DNA of 64,000 bases. Source: the human T2T-CHM13v2.0 reference genome, Homo sapiens. Below the pieces are notes generated by a model. The model was not told the origin of the DNA. It did no database searches and saw only the letters and a list, made by a program, of their open reading frames with translations. The DNA is taken from NCBI RefSeq assembly GCF_009914755.1, contig NC_060931.1; one strand, written 5' to 3'. A program made the position numbers and the translations under genes. Positions 15,184 to 29,012 of this stretch are shown here, in pieces (position 1 is the stretch's first letter; each line of letters begins with the position of its first letter).

Positions 15184-15969
15184 TTAAGTATGTGTGTGAA
15201 TCAGTAAATGTTTATGTTATATGCAAATAAAGAACTGGGAATAATAAGTGTAGAAGGAATTGCATTTTGGGAGTTGGGGGAGAAAATACACCCTTCCCAG
15301 CTGCCTGATTCAAGCCCAAATGTATTTAGAGTTGACAACTGGCTAATAAAAGGGGGTGCTTAAATGCAAGATGATGTAGCATAAGTTATATTTGCAGTGC
15401 TATAATAGCTTATGGATTAAGTTGGGGATTCAGACCCACCATAACAGTTGCAGAATAATCTCATTAATGCATCTCCTAATTCATTGCATGTACTAGTTCA
15501 CTTGACCAGGCTAGTTGTTTACTCTGGTCTTTTTAAGGGAGAAATGGTTTACAAAGGAAACAGATAGTCCAAGTAGGAGTACAGGGAATGGGTTAAATGA
15601 TTTTTAATATTCTGGCTTATCAAACCTCATGTGCGAAACATATCTATTTATTTAATCTAGCCCCTGGAACCTATCCTTGGCACACTTAATGGCCTGTGGT
15701 TGAAGGCACTACATGCATTTGGAATTAACCACACCAGTATAGTCTAAAATACTTTGAAATGCAAATTCCCTTAATTTGGCCATTACCCTTCCTGCAGTTA
15801 GTTTGAATTTCTGAGGTTTTCTTGAATCTCCAGAGCTCAGGGTACTTGGTAATCAGACCACAGGAAGCCTGTCCTTGTTTCTGGTGCTGCTACTATGACA
15901 CTGTTGAGGTTCAGCTGTGGGCCCACATTTAGTGGAACCAGCATATGACACATCAGATGCCAAGCGTGA

Positions 15970-16190
15970 AGCCTGGGTAACCAGACTGCCTGTGTTCACA
16001 CCCCAGCTTGGCCAGTGGTTATTTGTGTAAACCTTGGGTAAGATACTATCTCTCCATGCCTCAGTTTCCCATCTGTAAATGGGAATAATAGTAGTACCTA
16101 CCTTATAGTGTTGTTGTGATAAGTACTTGAATTAGTATACATTAAGTTCCTGAAACAGTGGACAGTACCGTAATATAACATGGTTGGTAT
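15970..16190 (+). mobile_element. MIR SINE
   Basis: TGCCTCAGTTTCCCCATCTGTAAATGGGAATAATAGTAGTACCTACC core. Confidence 0.75.
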
Positions 16191-16298
16191 TTATTATATT
16201 ATAAAAATGTTTACTATTTTAATAACATATCATATATATAAATTTGATATAAATAAATTGAATCATACATGTTATGATTCAAAGGAATTGTTTAGTCA

Positions 16299-16637
<339 letters not shown>

Positions 16638-19600
16638 TCACTTTCTTTCCAGGTCCCTAGAAATGCAACATTTTTTTCAATGCCCAGGGAAGTTTTGCCC
16701 AGCTTGCCTCTAATACAGCAGCCATATTGTAGCAGAGGAATTGTTTTATGGGTTGCAACATTTAAATAAAAGCTTATTAATTAACTACTCAATTCCTTCT
16801 GAGGCAGTTTGCAATGGTTTTATTTCAATGTATACTGAAGGGCATTCTCACTTCTGCCTCCCACTGTGTTAAACATAACAGACATTGAATATACACTTAT
16901 AGCATTGAACTAAGATAAAAATGTTTGTTTAGGCTTGAACTTAGTTGACTTAACTTCTATCATTTGTTTAGAAATTGTCATTTCTTTGCTTTAAGAGCTG
17001 GAAAAAATTGCACTAAATAGCAACCTATTTAGACATTTTAAAATACAATTCTTCTGCATGAATTATCCCCATAGAGGTCCGGTTGTGTCTGAGTTTGCTA
17101 ATGAATCGAGTCACACTCTATTTGTGTTGATGGATTCCAGGCTTTAACACTCTAAGGCTGTTCTTCTAATGTAGGTGTGTGTCACATGTTGTGTTATTAT
17201 CCACATAGTTCTGAGCAGTGTGAATCGTATGGATATTGGAGAGGTACTTTTTTTTATCTCCTATATTCAAGCTGGGAGTGAAGGGAAAGCAACTTACTTG
17301 CTGTCAGTTCCTGGAATTTTTTCTACCCATGCAAGTAGTAGGGCATTGTCTCAATTTATGTTCTACTATTGATGGAGCCCCTACACTGAACTTTCTGGGA
17401 AAAGCCAGGAGCTTACTCCTAGGAAGACATCAGGATGAAGGCTCATGACCAGCTTAACATGGCTCTCTGGCATTTCTATGAATCAATCCTTTTATTGACC
17501 CCAACCAGGGCGAATTTGAAAGCAGGATCCTTTCAAAGCCCTGGCCTCAAGTTATAGTGCACCCAATTTCTGACTTTATATTCCTATCTGTTGTAGACTT
17601 TCCATGCTTTCCTATAGTGCTTATCACAAAATCAGTTGTCCTTTGTGTTTCTTTTCCTGAGTATTTGCAGGAATGAGTCAGATCTTGCTTGTAATATATG
17701 GGGAGCCTAGAGGAAAATGGTGTTACTTTACGAGCCAGCCAACAATTCCTTTCAGGGAGGAGACTGCCTGCCACCTTAACGGAAGCATTTGGCTATGAAG
17801 ATAAGGCCCTCAGGAGATAGCCTGGACAGTCTGGAGCTAGACTGAGAGAGAGCACACTACTCTGTGGAAGATGTTTACAGGAATTTGGGGGCGGGTGGAG
17901 AGCAGAGGAGAAATAAGAGAGGAGAGGGTTGAAGTGAGTGAGAAGGCAAGATGGCGGCAGACCCTGGGACCTAATGAGAGCCTTAAGCAGATGGAAAGAC
18001 TGTGCTTCACGAGAACTGAGGGGTTTTCTGGGGGTGGAGGGATAAATCAAGTAAAAGGGGTTACATTCAAAATCTAGGTTGGCATGGGGCAGCTATGGGA
18101 GACGAGACACAAGTGAGGTCAAGAATCCAGCCAAAAGAAGCCACTGGAGATAGGGAAGTGACCATGAGAATATAAGCTGTCAGGAATTCTCAGACATCTA
18201 GGGGAAGACATTGGCCCTTCACAGGATGTGGGAAGGAGGCTTCAGCCAGTTTTTGTTTAAACCTCAAAGCAGAGAGTGATCTCAGCTGATAGCTGTATTA
18301 TACATTTGTACCAGGAAAAAAAGTGTTTTTGAGTTAACACATTTTTGGAATACTGTTACAGAGATGAATGAAACCTTAAAGTAAATTTTATGACTTACAT
18401 GTCTCATAAAAAGAAAGGCGTATCAGCAGCGTTTAAAAAAAGTTATTTTATAGGATTTTTTTATTCTAACGGATAGAGATTGTCTTTGGAGAATATAAAT
18501 ATTCTAAAGATTTAATGAAGTTATCTGAAGCCACATAGACATTAATTAGAGTTCTGTAATTAGAATTATAGTTATAGAAGCTTCTTGCTGCAAAATAGAG
18601 GGTAATATTTCAATATTTCAGGTTTACTGTGCTGTTGGAGCACAGTACCTGATGCATTTTCATATACCATGGCTTCAATAATTCTTTCTAAATAAGCATT
18701 TTGATAGATATTTAATAGTTTTAAAATTAATGTTGGGGTAAAACCCATTTTTATTTGTGCTCATCCCAGCCCTCCTTCTCTCACAAGCAGCCCGTCTGCT
18801 TTCTGCGCACAGAGCCACCCAAACCGATCATGACACTGAATCCAATCAGAAAAGCAGCATAAAGATGAAAGGTCTTACCAATGAGAAGTGAACTTGCTAA
18901 AGTACACCTTTCAATGAATTTGGACAAAACTGAAAAATGTTGTTGATATCAGATCCTTAGGCTGATTACTGAAGCGTTCGATTTTTCAGCATGTCAATTC
19001 ATCACTGTCTACCTGGTTATATTTAACACTTTCTCCTGTTTCCAGCATGTCTGCTGAGACAGGCAATTGCTGTCACATGATATCTGCCTCTCAAGAAGGT
19101 CAGCAGACCATTGGGAGGCCGTGGTTTCTGTCCTCCAGCTGCCTTGATTCTTTCTCAGGTATTACTGACAGCAGATGGAGCCTCAATGTCTTGCAGGATC
19201 TAAAATATTAATAAGATTAGGGCTTTTATCCTTCAAACAGTTTAGCCTTTCCTTTTAGAGGCTCTGCACAATGTCTCATCTGTTAATTTATAATACTAGC
19301 TCTCCAGGAAGACCTGACACCACTTACGGATACCAAAATACCACTTTGCCCAGAGTCCCTCTTTTTCACTTCGTCAGTGTGCTGGTTCACGTTTTAAATC
19401 ACGCTCATCTTTCAGAGACATTTGGAGGAGTTTAATTCCAGTTTGAGATGAGAGGTCTTGGGGTGCGTTTTAATAAATATTTGATGGGAATGCTAGCCTT
19501 GGGGGGTCATTCTTATTTACAAAATTAGAGATGGCATCTCTTAGGAAAGCTTAACTTCGTGGAAGAGGCGGTGTTTATAAATGCGCACAGCACTCTCATG

Positions 19601-21358
19601 CACGGGGTGGCCGCCACTTTTCAGAACACAGTAGTTATCCACGGTTCCATTTTTAGAAGCAGTGATTAAATTGCAGAGCACTGCTGTGTGATACCAATTA
19701 CAATAACCATTGTCGATTCAATTGTCTTTTTTTTTAATGGAAAGCAAAATTCACTTTTCTGCATATAGCCTACAAAAATACATATATCATATGGTATGCA
19801 ATTTAGATCATTTTAAAGGGCTGTAATGGCATTAGTTTAGATATCCCATTCCAGTCAGGCAATGAGCATCAATTTTGTTAATTAAGAATTTTAGGCTCTG
19901 TAAATTTATAGTACAATTACACTTTACTTCATATTGAAGAGGGTCTTTACCCCATGCCACCATTAGAAAAACGTCCACTTATATTATTTGCTGACGATTT
20001 CACAGGCAGATAAATTTCACAGGAAGCATTACCATTTCTTTTTTTGCATTGAAATTTCTTATTGAATGCCAATTGTCAGCAGAATGCAACCATGAAGACT
20101 TTTGAGTTAAATTTTTCTCTTTTCTTTTCTTCTTTCTTTTTTTTGCTAAAGAAAAAGCCAATTCATCAGGTAGGAAAGGACTGCTTTTCGTGGTCCCAGG
20201 TCCTGCCAGAGACAAATGACTGTAAAAATTTAAAATCAGTTATTAACAGATTAGCTGTTGGTCCAAAGTAAATAGCTTATTAAGCATCAGGCAGAGTGAG
20301 ATAAAGGGGAAGAGTTATTGAAAATGAGGATGTTGTCTGGGGCTCTGCTTGTGGGGTAGCACAGGAGGAGGCTATTGCTTTGTGACTCTAATTACAAATG
20401 GAAAACAAGGTAGTTGGCTGAAAAAGTTGAATCCCTCGTTGTGTTAAACAGAGTCCTGTGGTTTTCTGTTCTACGTCATGGCTTTATTCACCTTGATTAG
20501 CATGGAAGTTGGTTGTGCTCCCCAGCTGTTCTCCTCTTTGCCTTCTAAGCAAAATCTGTCAACTGCTGTTCACTCAACCCCGCAAAGCAGCCCAGAAACA
20601 GTGGCTAAGACTCCTTAGTTTCAGGAACTGGACATTTCTTACCCCTTTGCACTAGTTCACATCTCATTATTGGTTAGGTTGGGGTTGTGAAGCGAAGGGA
20701 TGGCTCATTAGCTGCTTCCCTCTAGGTTCAGATGTGTGAGCTACTATTAGACAGATGCCACAGTAATAATTGTTGCAGGCAAATTCCACCATTGAATGCT
20801 AAAATCAGTGGTGAAGGTTTGAGGAGAAACAGGATATTTGCATAGCTTCAAAGTATCTTTCCCAAGATATGTATTAATTACAAAACAAAAACACTACCAT
20901 TACAATGGTGAAACCCAACAGATAGCCCCTTAACCAAGTGATCAAGGTTAACTTCACTAGTAACCAGATGGTGTCCCCCAGACCCCCGGCCCCTTCCCCA
21001 GACACGATGCACTGAGAAGGGCACACGTCATTTTTGTGGCGTTCTTACTAAAAATGTATAATCTCACTCTAGTCATGAATAAACAGCAGACAAACCTGTT
21101 CTACACACTAACTGGCCAGTACTCTTTCAAAGTGTCAAGGTCATAAACGTCAAGGAAGACTAAAGACCTGGTACAGACTGGAAGAGACTAAAGAGACAAA
21201 ATAGTGTGGGATTCTGGATTGAATCCTACAACAGAAAAAGGAAGTTAGTAGGAAGCTGGATGAAAGAAGTTAGTAGAAAAACTGGTGAAATGCAAATGAA
21301 GTCTGAGGCTTAGTCAGTAGTACTGTACCAGTTAAATTCCTGGCTTTGGTAATGATAC

Positions 21359-22095
<737 letters not shown>

Positions 22096-23821
22096 GAAAC
22101 TATGATTGTGTAAGATATGAGCTTTGGGAGAAGCTGGGTGAAGGAATACAGAACTGTCTGTACTATTTTTGCAACTTTCTTAAAGTTATTTCAAGATAAA
22201 AAGTTAAACAAAGGGAAAGATGCACTGAAAGAAAAAATACTGCATAAGCTCCAGAAGCTTCTACTGCAGAACCAAGCCTGTAGTCTGGGTTAATTTGAAC
22301 TTTTTATCTTACACAGTTATGCTTGATTTTGGCCAAAGCTTGAGTAAACCATAGCTTTTGATGGAAAAACAAAACAAAACAACTTTTCTTTGTGTGGGGT
22401 CCTTCTTCACAGTTTCTTATTGTGAATAACTTCTTTATTGATAAGTGCATTCAGTAAGGCAGGCGGAGACAATCCCAGTTTGTGGAATGTGGGATTCCAG
22501 TTTGTGTGACTTGGATTCCCAGTTTGTGTGAATTATATACTATGTTAGTTATTCTCATGCATCTGCAGGCTGGCCAGGGTCGGCTCTGCTTCATCCTGCA
22601 GGTCTGGGTCTGCTCTTTCTCAGATCAAGGATCTAACTGGGACACAGTCTTCTCAAGGTGAGAACAGAAACTCAAGAGGGCAGGCGCCACTACACAAGCA
22701 CATTGTAGCCTAAGCTTGCGTCCTGCCTGCTAACATCCTGTTAGTCCAAGCAATTCACTTGACCAAGCCCAAAAGTCAGGGCGGTGGGGATGCAGTACAT
22801 TTGTTTGTGGATGTATCTAATCTAGCATAATACTTCTGGCCTATGTTGCCTCTCTCTGGCCTGCTTTCTGGGCCCTCTTTCCTTGCTTAAGTGCAGATAT
22901 TGAAAGATTGGCTTGCCCCGACTGATCTGATTCAGTTTCATGAGGGCTATGACTGCTTGGTGGTCTCCCAAAGTGAGAATGCTCCCTCCACAGTACGAGT
23001 GGGGTCTTAGAACACTATTTTGCACACTGAGGTGTTATAGAATTGTTTTGAGACCCCCCCCTCAGTTCCTACACAGGTATGTAGACACCATCAGCTTAGC
23101 TGAGGCAGGTGCTCCAGGTACCAGGCCTGCCAGTTTTCCAAGATCACCACTCATGTCTGGCTCTCAGGCCCTCTGCAAAGAGTGGCTTGTCCTGCCAGAC
23201 CCCATGCCACATGGCGAACTCTCTCCTACCATCTCTCATCTCTCTCACAACCTGGCTTCTGGTGCCTTGAGACATGTATGCAATTGTCTGACCAACAGCT
23301 ATGAAAACAAAGTTCAAGTTGATTGACTTGTTTGTTTGGTTTTTCCCCAGGAGGTTCCTCAGCTCAGTTCCTATTTACACTGGTGGCTGTAAATAGTTAA
23401 TTCTCAAGAGACTTAGTCCTCTGTTCCAGACAACTAGTGTCTTGAAGTAGAGAGAGTATCTTACTTATGGTCTATCCACTGCAGTGAGTGGCCCCAAATA
23501 GTATAAATTGTCAAAAGGCATCTGTTGAACAGAGATAAAATTCTGAGTCCTTCATAATCTGACCCAGTCTAATTTCCCTGGACTCTCCAACATTTCTCTC
23601 CACTAGACATTGTCATTTTTCTCATTGTCCCTCAAGTCCCGTACCATTTCTAACCATTACCACAACTTCTCAGTGTCCTGGTTGCCCTCCACTCCACTCA
23701 ACCCTGGTTGGCTGTCAGGGCTCACCTGGAGCTCACCTGCTGCAGGAAGCCTTCCTGAAACTCACTCACTGCAGAAAGGCTTCCCAGCCACTCCTGCCTT
23801 TGATGAACTCTCTCTTTTTCT

Positions 23822-24805
23822 TTTTTAATTTTAAATTTTTTTAATTTTTATTTTTTTAAAATTTTTTATTATACTTTAAGTTCTAGGGTACATGTGCACA
23901 ACGTACAGGTTTTTACGTATGTATACATGTGTCATGTTGGTGTGCTGCACCCATTAACTGGTCATTTACATTAGGTATATCTCCTAATGCTATGCCTTCC
24001 CCCTCGCCCCACCCCACAACAGGCCCCAGTGTGTAATATTCCCTGCCCTTTGTCCAAGTGTTCTCATTGTTCAATTCCCACCTATGAGTGAGAACATGCA
24101 GTGTTTGGTTTTCTGTCCTTGCAATAGTTTGCTGAGAATGATGGTTTCCAGTTTCATCCATGTCCCTACAAAGGACATGAACTCATCCTTTTTTATGGCT
24201 GCATAGTATTCCATGGTATATATGTGCCACATTTTCTTAATCCAGTCTATCATTGATGGACATTTGGTTCCAAGTCTTTGCTATTGTGAATAGTGCTGCA
24301 ATAAACATACATATACATGTCTCTTTATAGCAACATGATTTATAATCCTTTGGGTATATACCCAGTAATGGGATGGCTGGGTCAAACAGTATTTCTAGTT
24401 CTAGATCGTTGAGGAATCACCACACTGTCTTCCACAATGGTTGAACTAGTTTACAGTCCCACCAACAGTGTAAAACTGTTCCTATTTCTCCACATCCTCT
24501 CCAGCACCTGTTGTTTCCTGACTTTTTAATGATCGCCATTCTAACTGGTGTGAGATGGTATCTCATTGTGGTTTTGATTTGCATTTCTCTGATTGTCAGT
24601 GATGATGAGCATTTTTTCATGTGTCTCTTGGCTGCATAAATGTCTTCTTTTGAGAAGTGTCTGTTTATATCCTTTGCCCACTTTTTGATGGGGTTGTTTG
24701 ATTTTTTTCTTGTAAATTTGTTTAAGTTCTTTGTAGATTCTGGATATTAGCCCTTTGTCAGATGGGTAGATTGTAAAAATTTTCTCCCATTCTGTAGGTT
24801 GCCTG
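23822..24805 (-). mobile_element. 5'-truncated L1PA (primate L1): ORF2 C-terminus and 3' UTR
   Basis: ORF track gives L1 ORF2p C-terminal peptides ([10 protein letters not shown]..., [26 protein letters not shown]); perfect 20-bp TSD gatgaactctctctttttct at 23802-23821 and 24806-24825. Confidence 0.97.
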
Positions 24806-26665
24806 GATGAACTCTCTCTTTTTCTATACTCCCAAGCATAGGTAGTCTCAACTGCTATTGTACTTACAGTTATTCTTTTATTTTGTTTTTCTAATTCCAT
24901 ACATAATGCAACAACATAAATTACCTTAAGGAATTTATTAGATTGTAATGTCTTTCTGGTTAGGGCCCAGGTCCAACATTGCTTCTGTATACTGCCTGGC
25001 CAGGAATAAGATTTTAAACACACAGTAAGTAGGTACTCAAGAAATTCATAATCAGTTTCAAAATTTAAATCACAAAATAAATCATTTGCTACTTCCCAAA
25101 TTAAATAACAAATAAACTAGGAATGAAATAATCAGAAAAAAGCAGAAGATATAATCTCTATGTGCATATAAACTGTTCTTAAATATATAGTAGCTTTAAA
25201 ATATGTGCAACTATTATGTATTCATTTTTTTTTTAAAAGCTAACCAAAGAAATAGTAGCTTTATATTTGAAAGAATATTGGGACTTTGAAGAGGAAAAGT
25301 ACATTATTCACAAAGAAAAAGTAATCCTGGATTTATTTTTGTCAGATGATGAATCAATGCTAACTATTCTCAACTCTTATCTAAGCATAATTATAGTTTC
25401 TATTTTCCCAGTGTTTTGTAGCTTAGTGAGGGCAGACATCACTATCTCCCTCCATTTTATAGAAAGATAAGGAGTTGCTGTTCAGAGCATGCATATGCTT
25501 TGCCCAGTGTCCCCAGCTGCTAAATGACATAACCAGGCCTAAGTTGTCTTCTGGCTTCAAATCCACGGTTCTTTCCACCACATGCTCCAACTCTCTGCTC
25601 ATTGAGGATGAATCCTTTGTTTCACTTTCCTGGGGTAATTGTGTGGCTTTTGTAAAAGATCCATCACTCTGAAGGTGAATTGGACCATCAGGTAAACATT
25701 TAAGGAAAGTAGAGGAGCTAAGCTGGAATGTAAGTAGATGCCTGGCATTATAACTGATGGCGTAATTACTTCCCATAACGTGGAGCACCAATCACAGAGT
25801 GGGTTTAATAGACAGAGGCTCTTAAGTATTTACAAGTATGGATAAAGTGACTGCCCTTCATCAGTTCAAGCAGGCGCTGGAGTCCGCCTTCCACTGTTAA
25901 CTGGGACAGTATCAGTGTGAGTATTTCTGGCCCCACCTGGCATTCAGATCCTCTGCCACCCCTATGACCTGCCTTTGTAGCCTTTTCCCCTACCACTTCC
26001 CTTTCCTCAGTTTGTCATCCAGCTAAACGGGGGTACCCGGTTTTTGTTCTCCAAACGTAGCCCCCTTTTTCTTGTCTCTCTGACTTGGCACACCTCCAGT
26101 GACATTCCTTTCCAGGGTCCAGCTCAAATGCCACCCCTGCTGTGAGGCTGTCCTGTTTTCCCAGCTGGACCTGGCTCCCTTGCCTTTAAATCCACAAGCA
26201 CTTTCTCTCTCTGTACTTCTCTTATGGCCCTCACCATGCACTGCCTTTATGGTAATAATCATGCTTTTTTTCTTTTCCTTTGAGACTGCAAAACCTTAAA
26301 AGAAAGTTTATCAAACCCTAGCGTAGTGCTGGCACATGGCAATTCTCAGTGTGAGCACTGGCTGGGAAAGTGACTGATGAACGCAGGAAGGAGCATCTCA
26401 CCTACCTGGCTAGCGGGGGTGATTTCAGACGGATCTTTTTGTCCGCCACAGCATCACCCTTAGTGCCCTACGTATAGCAGGTGCTCAGTGTGGCTCTGTA
26501 GAAAAGAAAAAAAAGCTTGTGTGGATGAACAAAGGCATAAAGAGTGGATGAACAAAGAATGATTGAACAAATGTCTGGGATACTGAGGTGGAAAATCAAG
26601 GTAAACACAAGTCATGCCAGATACCAGAGTCTCTTTAAAAAGAGTCTCTTTAAAAAGAGACTCTG

Positions 26666-26984
26666 GGCTGGGCGTGGTGGCTCATGCCTGTAATCCTAGC
26701 ACCTTGGGTGGCAGAGGCAAGCAGATCACCTGAGGTCAGGAGTTCGAGACCAGCCTCACCAACATGGTGAAACCCCCGTCTCTACTAAAAATATAAAAAT
26801 TAGCTGGGTGTGGTGGCACATGCTTGTAATCCCTGCTACTCGGGAAGCTGAGGCAGGAGAATCATTTGAACCCAGGAGGCAGAGATTGCAGTGAGCCAAA
26901 TCACATCGCTGCACTCCAGCCTGGTGACAGTGAGACTCCATCTCAAAAATAAATAAATAAAATAAAATAAAATAAAATAAATAA
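26666..26984 (+). mobile_element. AluSx-like SINE with an (AAAAT)n tail
   Basis: Full dimeric Alu; gactctg repeated at both flanks. Confidence 0.95.
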
Positions 26985-27181
26985 GGACTCTGGATAAATA
27001 GCATTTGAAACCAATGAGAACATTCTGGATGTCTGATGAGAGCTTTTGAAATTTCTGCTCTTATTCAAATATAAGAATAAGAAACATGAATGCCTCTTTT
27101 CCCCTAGTGATGGTGATACTAAATGAGATATACTAATATTCTATATTCCATACTATTTTTAAAGTAAAAATACTGATTTTT

Positions 27182-27209
27182 TCAGTATCTTAAATATTTA
27201 AGATACTGA
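27182..27209. repeat. Perfect 28-bp palindrome
   Basis: TCAGTATCTTAAAT|ATTTAAGATACTGA. Confidence 0.95.
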
Positions 27210-27345
27210 TATTTAAGGTATCTAAACAACTAAAATACTAGATACCTAAATATCTAAAATATTTAAGTACTGATAACTTAAATATCAGTAACTTTAATAT
27301 TTAAGTATGGCATTAACAAATATGAGGTCCAGAATTGTTTATATC

Positions 27346-27666
<321 letters not shown>

Positions 27667-28365
27667 CAGGAATTGCTTTGATCTTGAAATATATCCAGTG
27701 AGTTATACACGGCATTAAGAGTTCACCTGGGCTCACACCCTCCCTGCTGAAAGCCCTTCCAGTACATCCAGTGGTTTTCTTCCCACTTCCGGGGTTAATT
27801 GTGAGGCTGGCATTTTCTGTCTGGGTCATTTGTACCCCTAGATTCAGCCCCAGTTTCTGGCCCCTGATGGAGTCACCTTAGAATCAGAGGTGAAGGTGGG
27901 GAACAGAAAACCTCAGGCCTGGCCCTGATCCTCTTGCTGGTGGAACAGTCATAGGAACCATATCTTGGCTTTTCATAAAATGTTGATATTTTGGAATTTA
28001 TTCCACATAATCTATTTTGCAATATTTTAATACAATTTTAAAATATTTTCATTGCAATTACTACTCTCTGTTTAGAATATTAAAAAATTTCACCCAGAAT
28101 ATGGTCTTTTTTCTCTCTCCAAAAACTTCCTCATGTTAGCAATTAAATAGAAGGGGAAAATTAACCAAACTGAGAGATATATTTACTAAACACTTGAAAA
28201 TGTCCTGCTGTTATATCTTAAGGCTTATTAAGGGGTAGAAGCAGGATTTTTTAAACCCTGGGTGTTGCACCTATTTCCCATGTGTATTTACTTATTTTTA
28301 CAGTCAAATAAATTCCACTTCCAAATGTGGAAGTGACTTAGTGTTGGATTCCTTTAATGCCCTTC

Positions 28366-28740
28366 TGATATGGTTAGGTATTGTGCCTCACCCAAATCTC
28401 ATCTTGAATTGTAATCCCCATAATCCCCACATGTCAAGGGAGAGACCAGGTGGAAGTAATTGGATCATGAGGGCATCCTCCATGCTGTTCTTGTGATAGT
28501 GAGTGAGTTCCCACGAGATCTGATGGTTTTATAAGGGGCTCTTCCCACTTTACTCGGCACTTCTTCTTCCTGCTGCCTTGTGAAGAAGAGACCTTGCTTC
28601 CCCTTTCACCTTCCGCCATGATTGTAAGTCTCCTGAGGCCTCCCCTGCCATGCTGAACTGTGAGTAAATTAAACCTCTTTCTTTATAAATTACCCAGTCT
28701 GGGGCAGTTCTTTATAGCAGTATGAAAATGGACTAATACA
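28366..28740 (+). mobile_element. THE1 (THE1C-like) MaLR solo LTR
   Basis: TGATATGGTT...CACCCAAATCTCATCTTGAATTGTAATCCCCATAATCCCCAC...GGACTAATACA; TSD-like ccttc/ccttg. Confidence 0.93.
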
Positions 28741-28810
28741 CCTTGTCTTCAGAAAGACTTTCCCTAGATGCTCAGCACACCTGCTAAATTTCTCCAGTGT
28801 GTTGACATTA

Positions 28811-29012
28811 GAGCAGCCTTGTCCAATAGAGCTTTCTAAGATGATGGAATGTTCTATGTCTGCACCATTCAATACGGCAACTACTAGCCACGTGTGGCTA
28901 TTGAGCACTTGAAATGTGGCCAGTGTGACTGAGGAACTGAATTTTTTTTTTAGCTTTAATTAAGTGTCAATAGCCACACATAGCTAGTGGCCAGCATACT
29001 GGACAGGTCGAA
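28811..29012. mobile_element. MER3-like hAT-Charlie DNA transposon
   Basis: TGTCCAATAGA...CTAGCCACGTGTGGCTATTGAGCACTTGAAATGTGGC...GACTGAGGAACTGAATTTT...TGGACAG. Confidence 0.85.

Noticed and set aside
22472-22532. CRISPR-like or other prokaryotic repeat-spacer array
   Set aside because: The DNA is primate. The repeats here and at 8638-8731 are short tandem duplications without unique spacers or cas genes.
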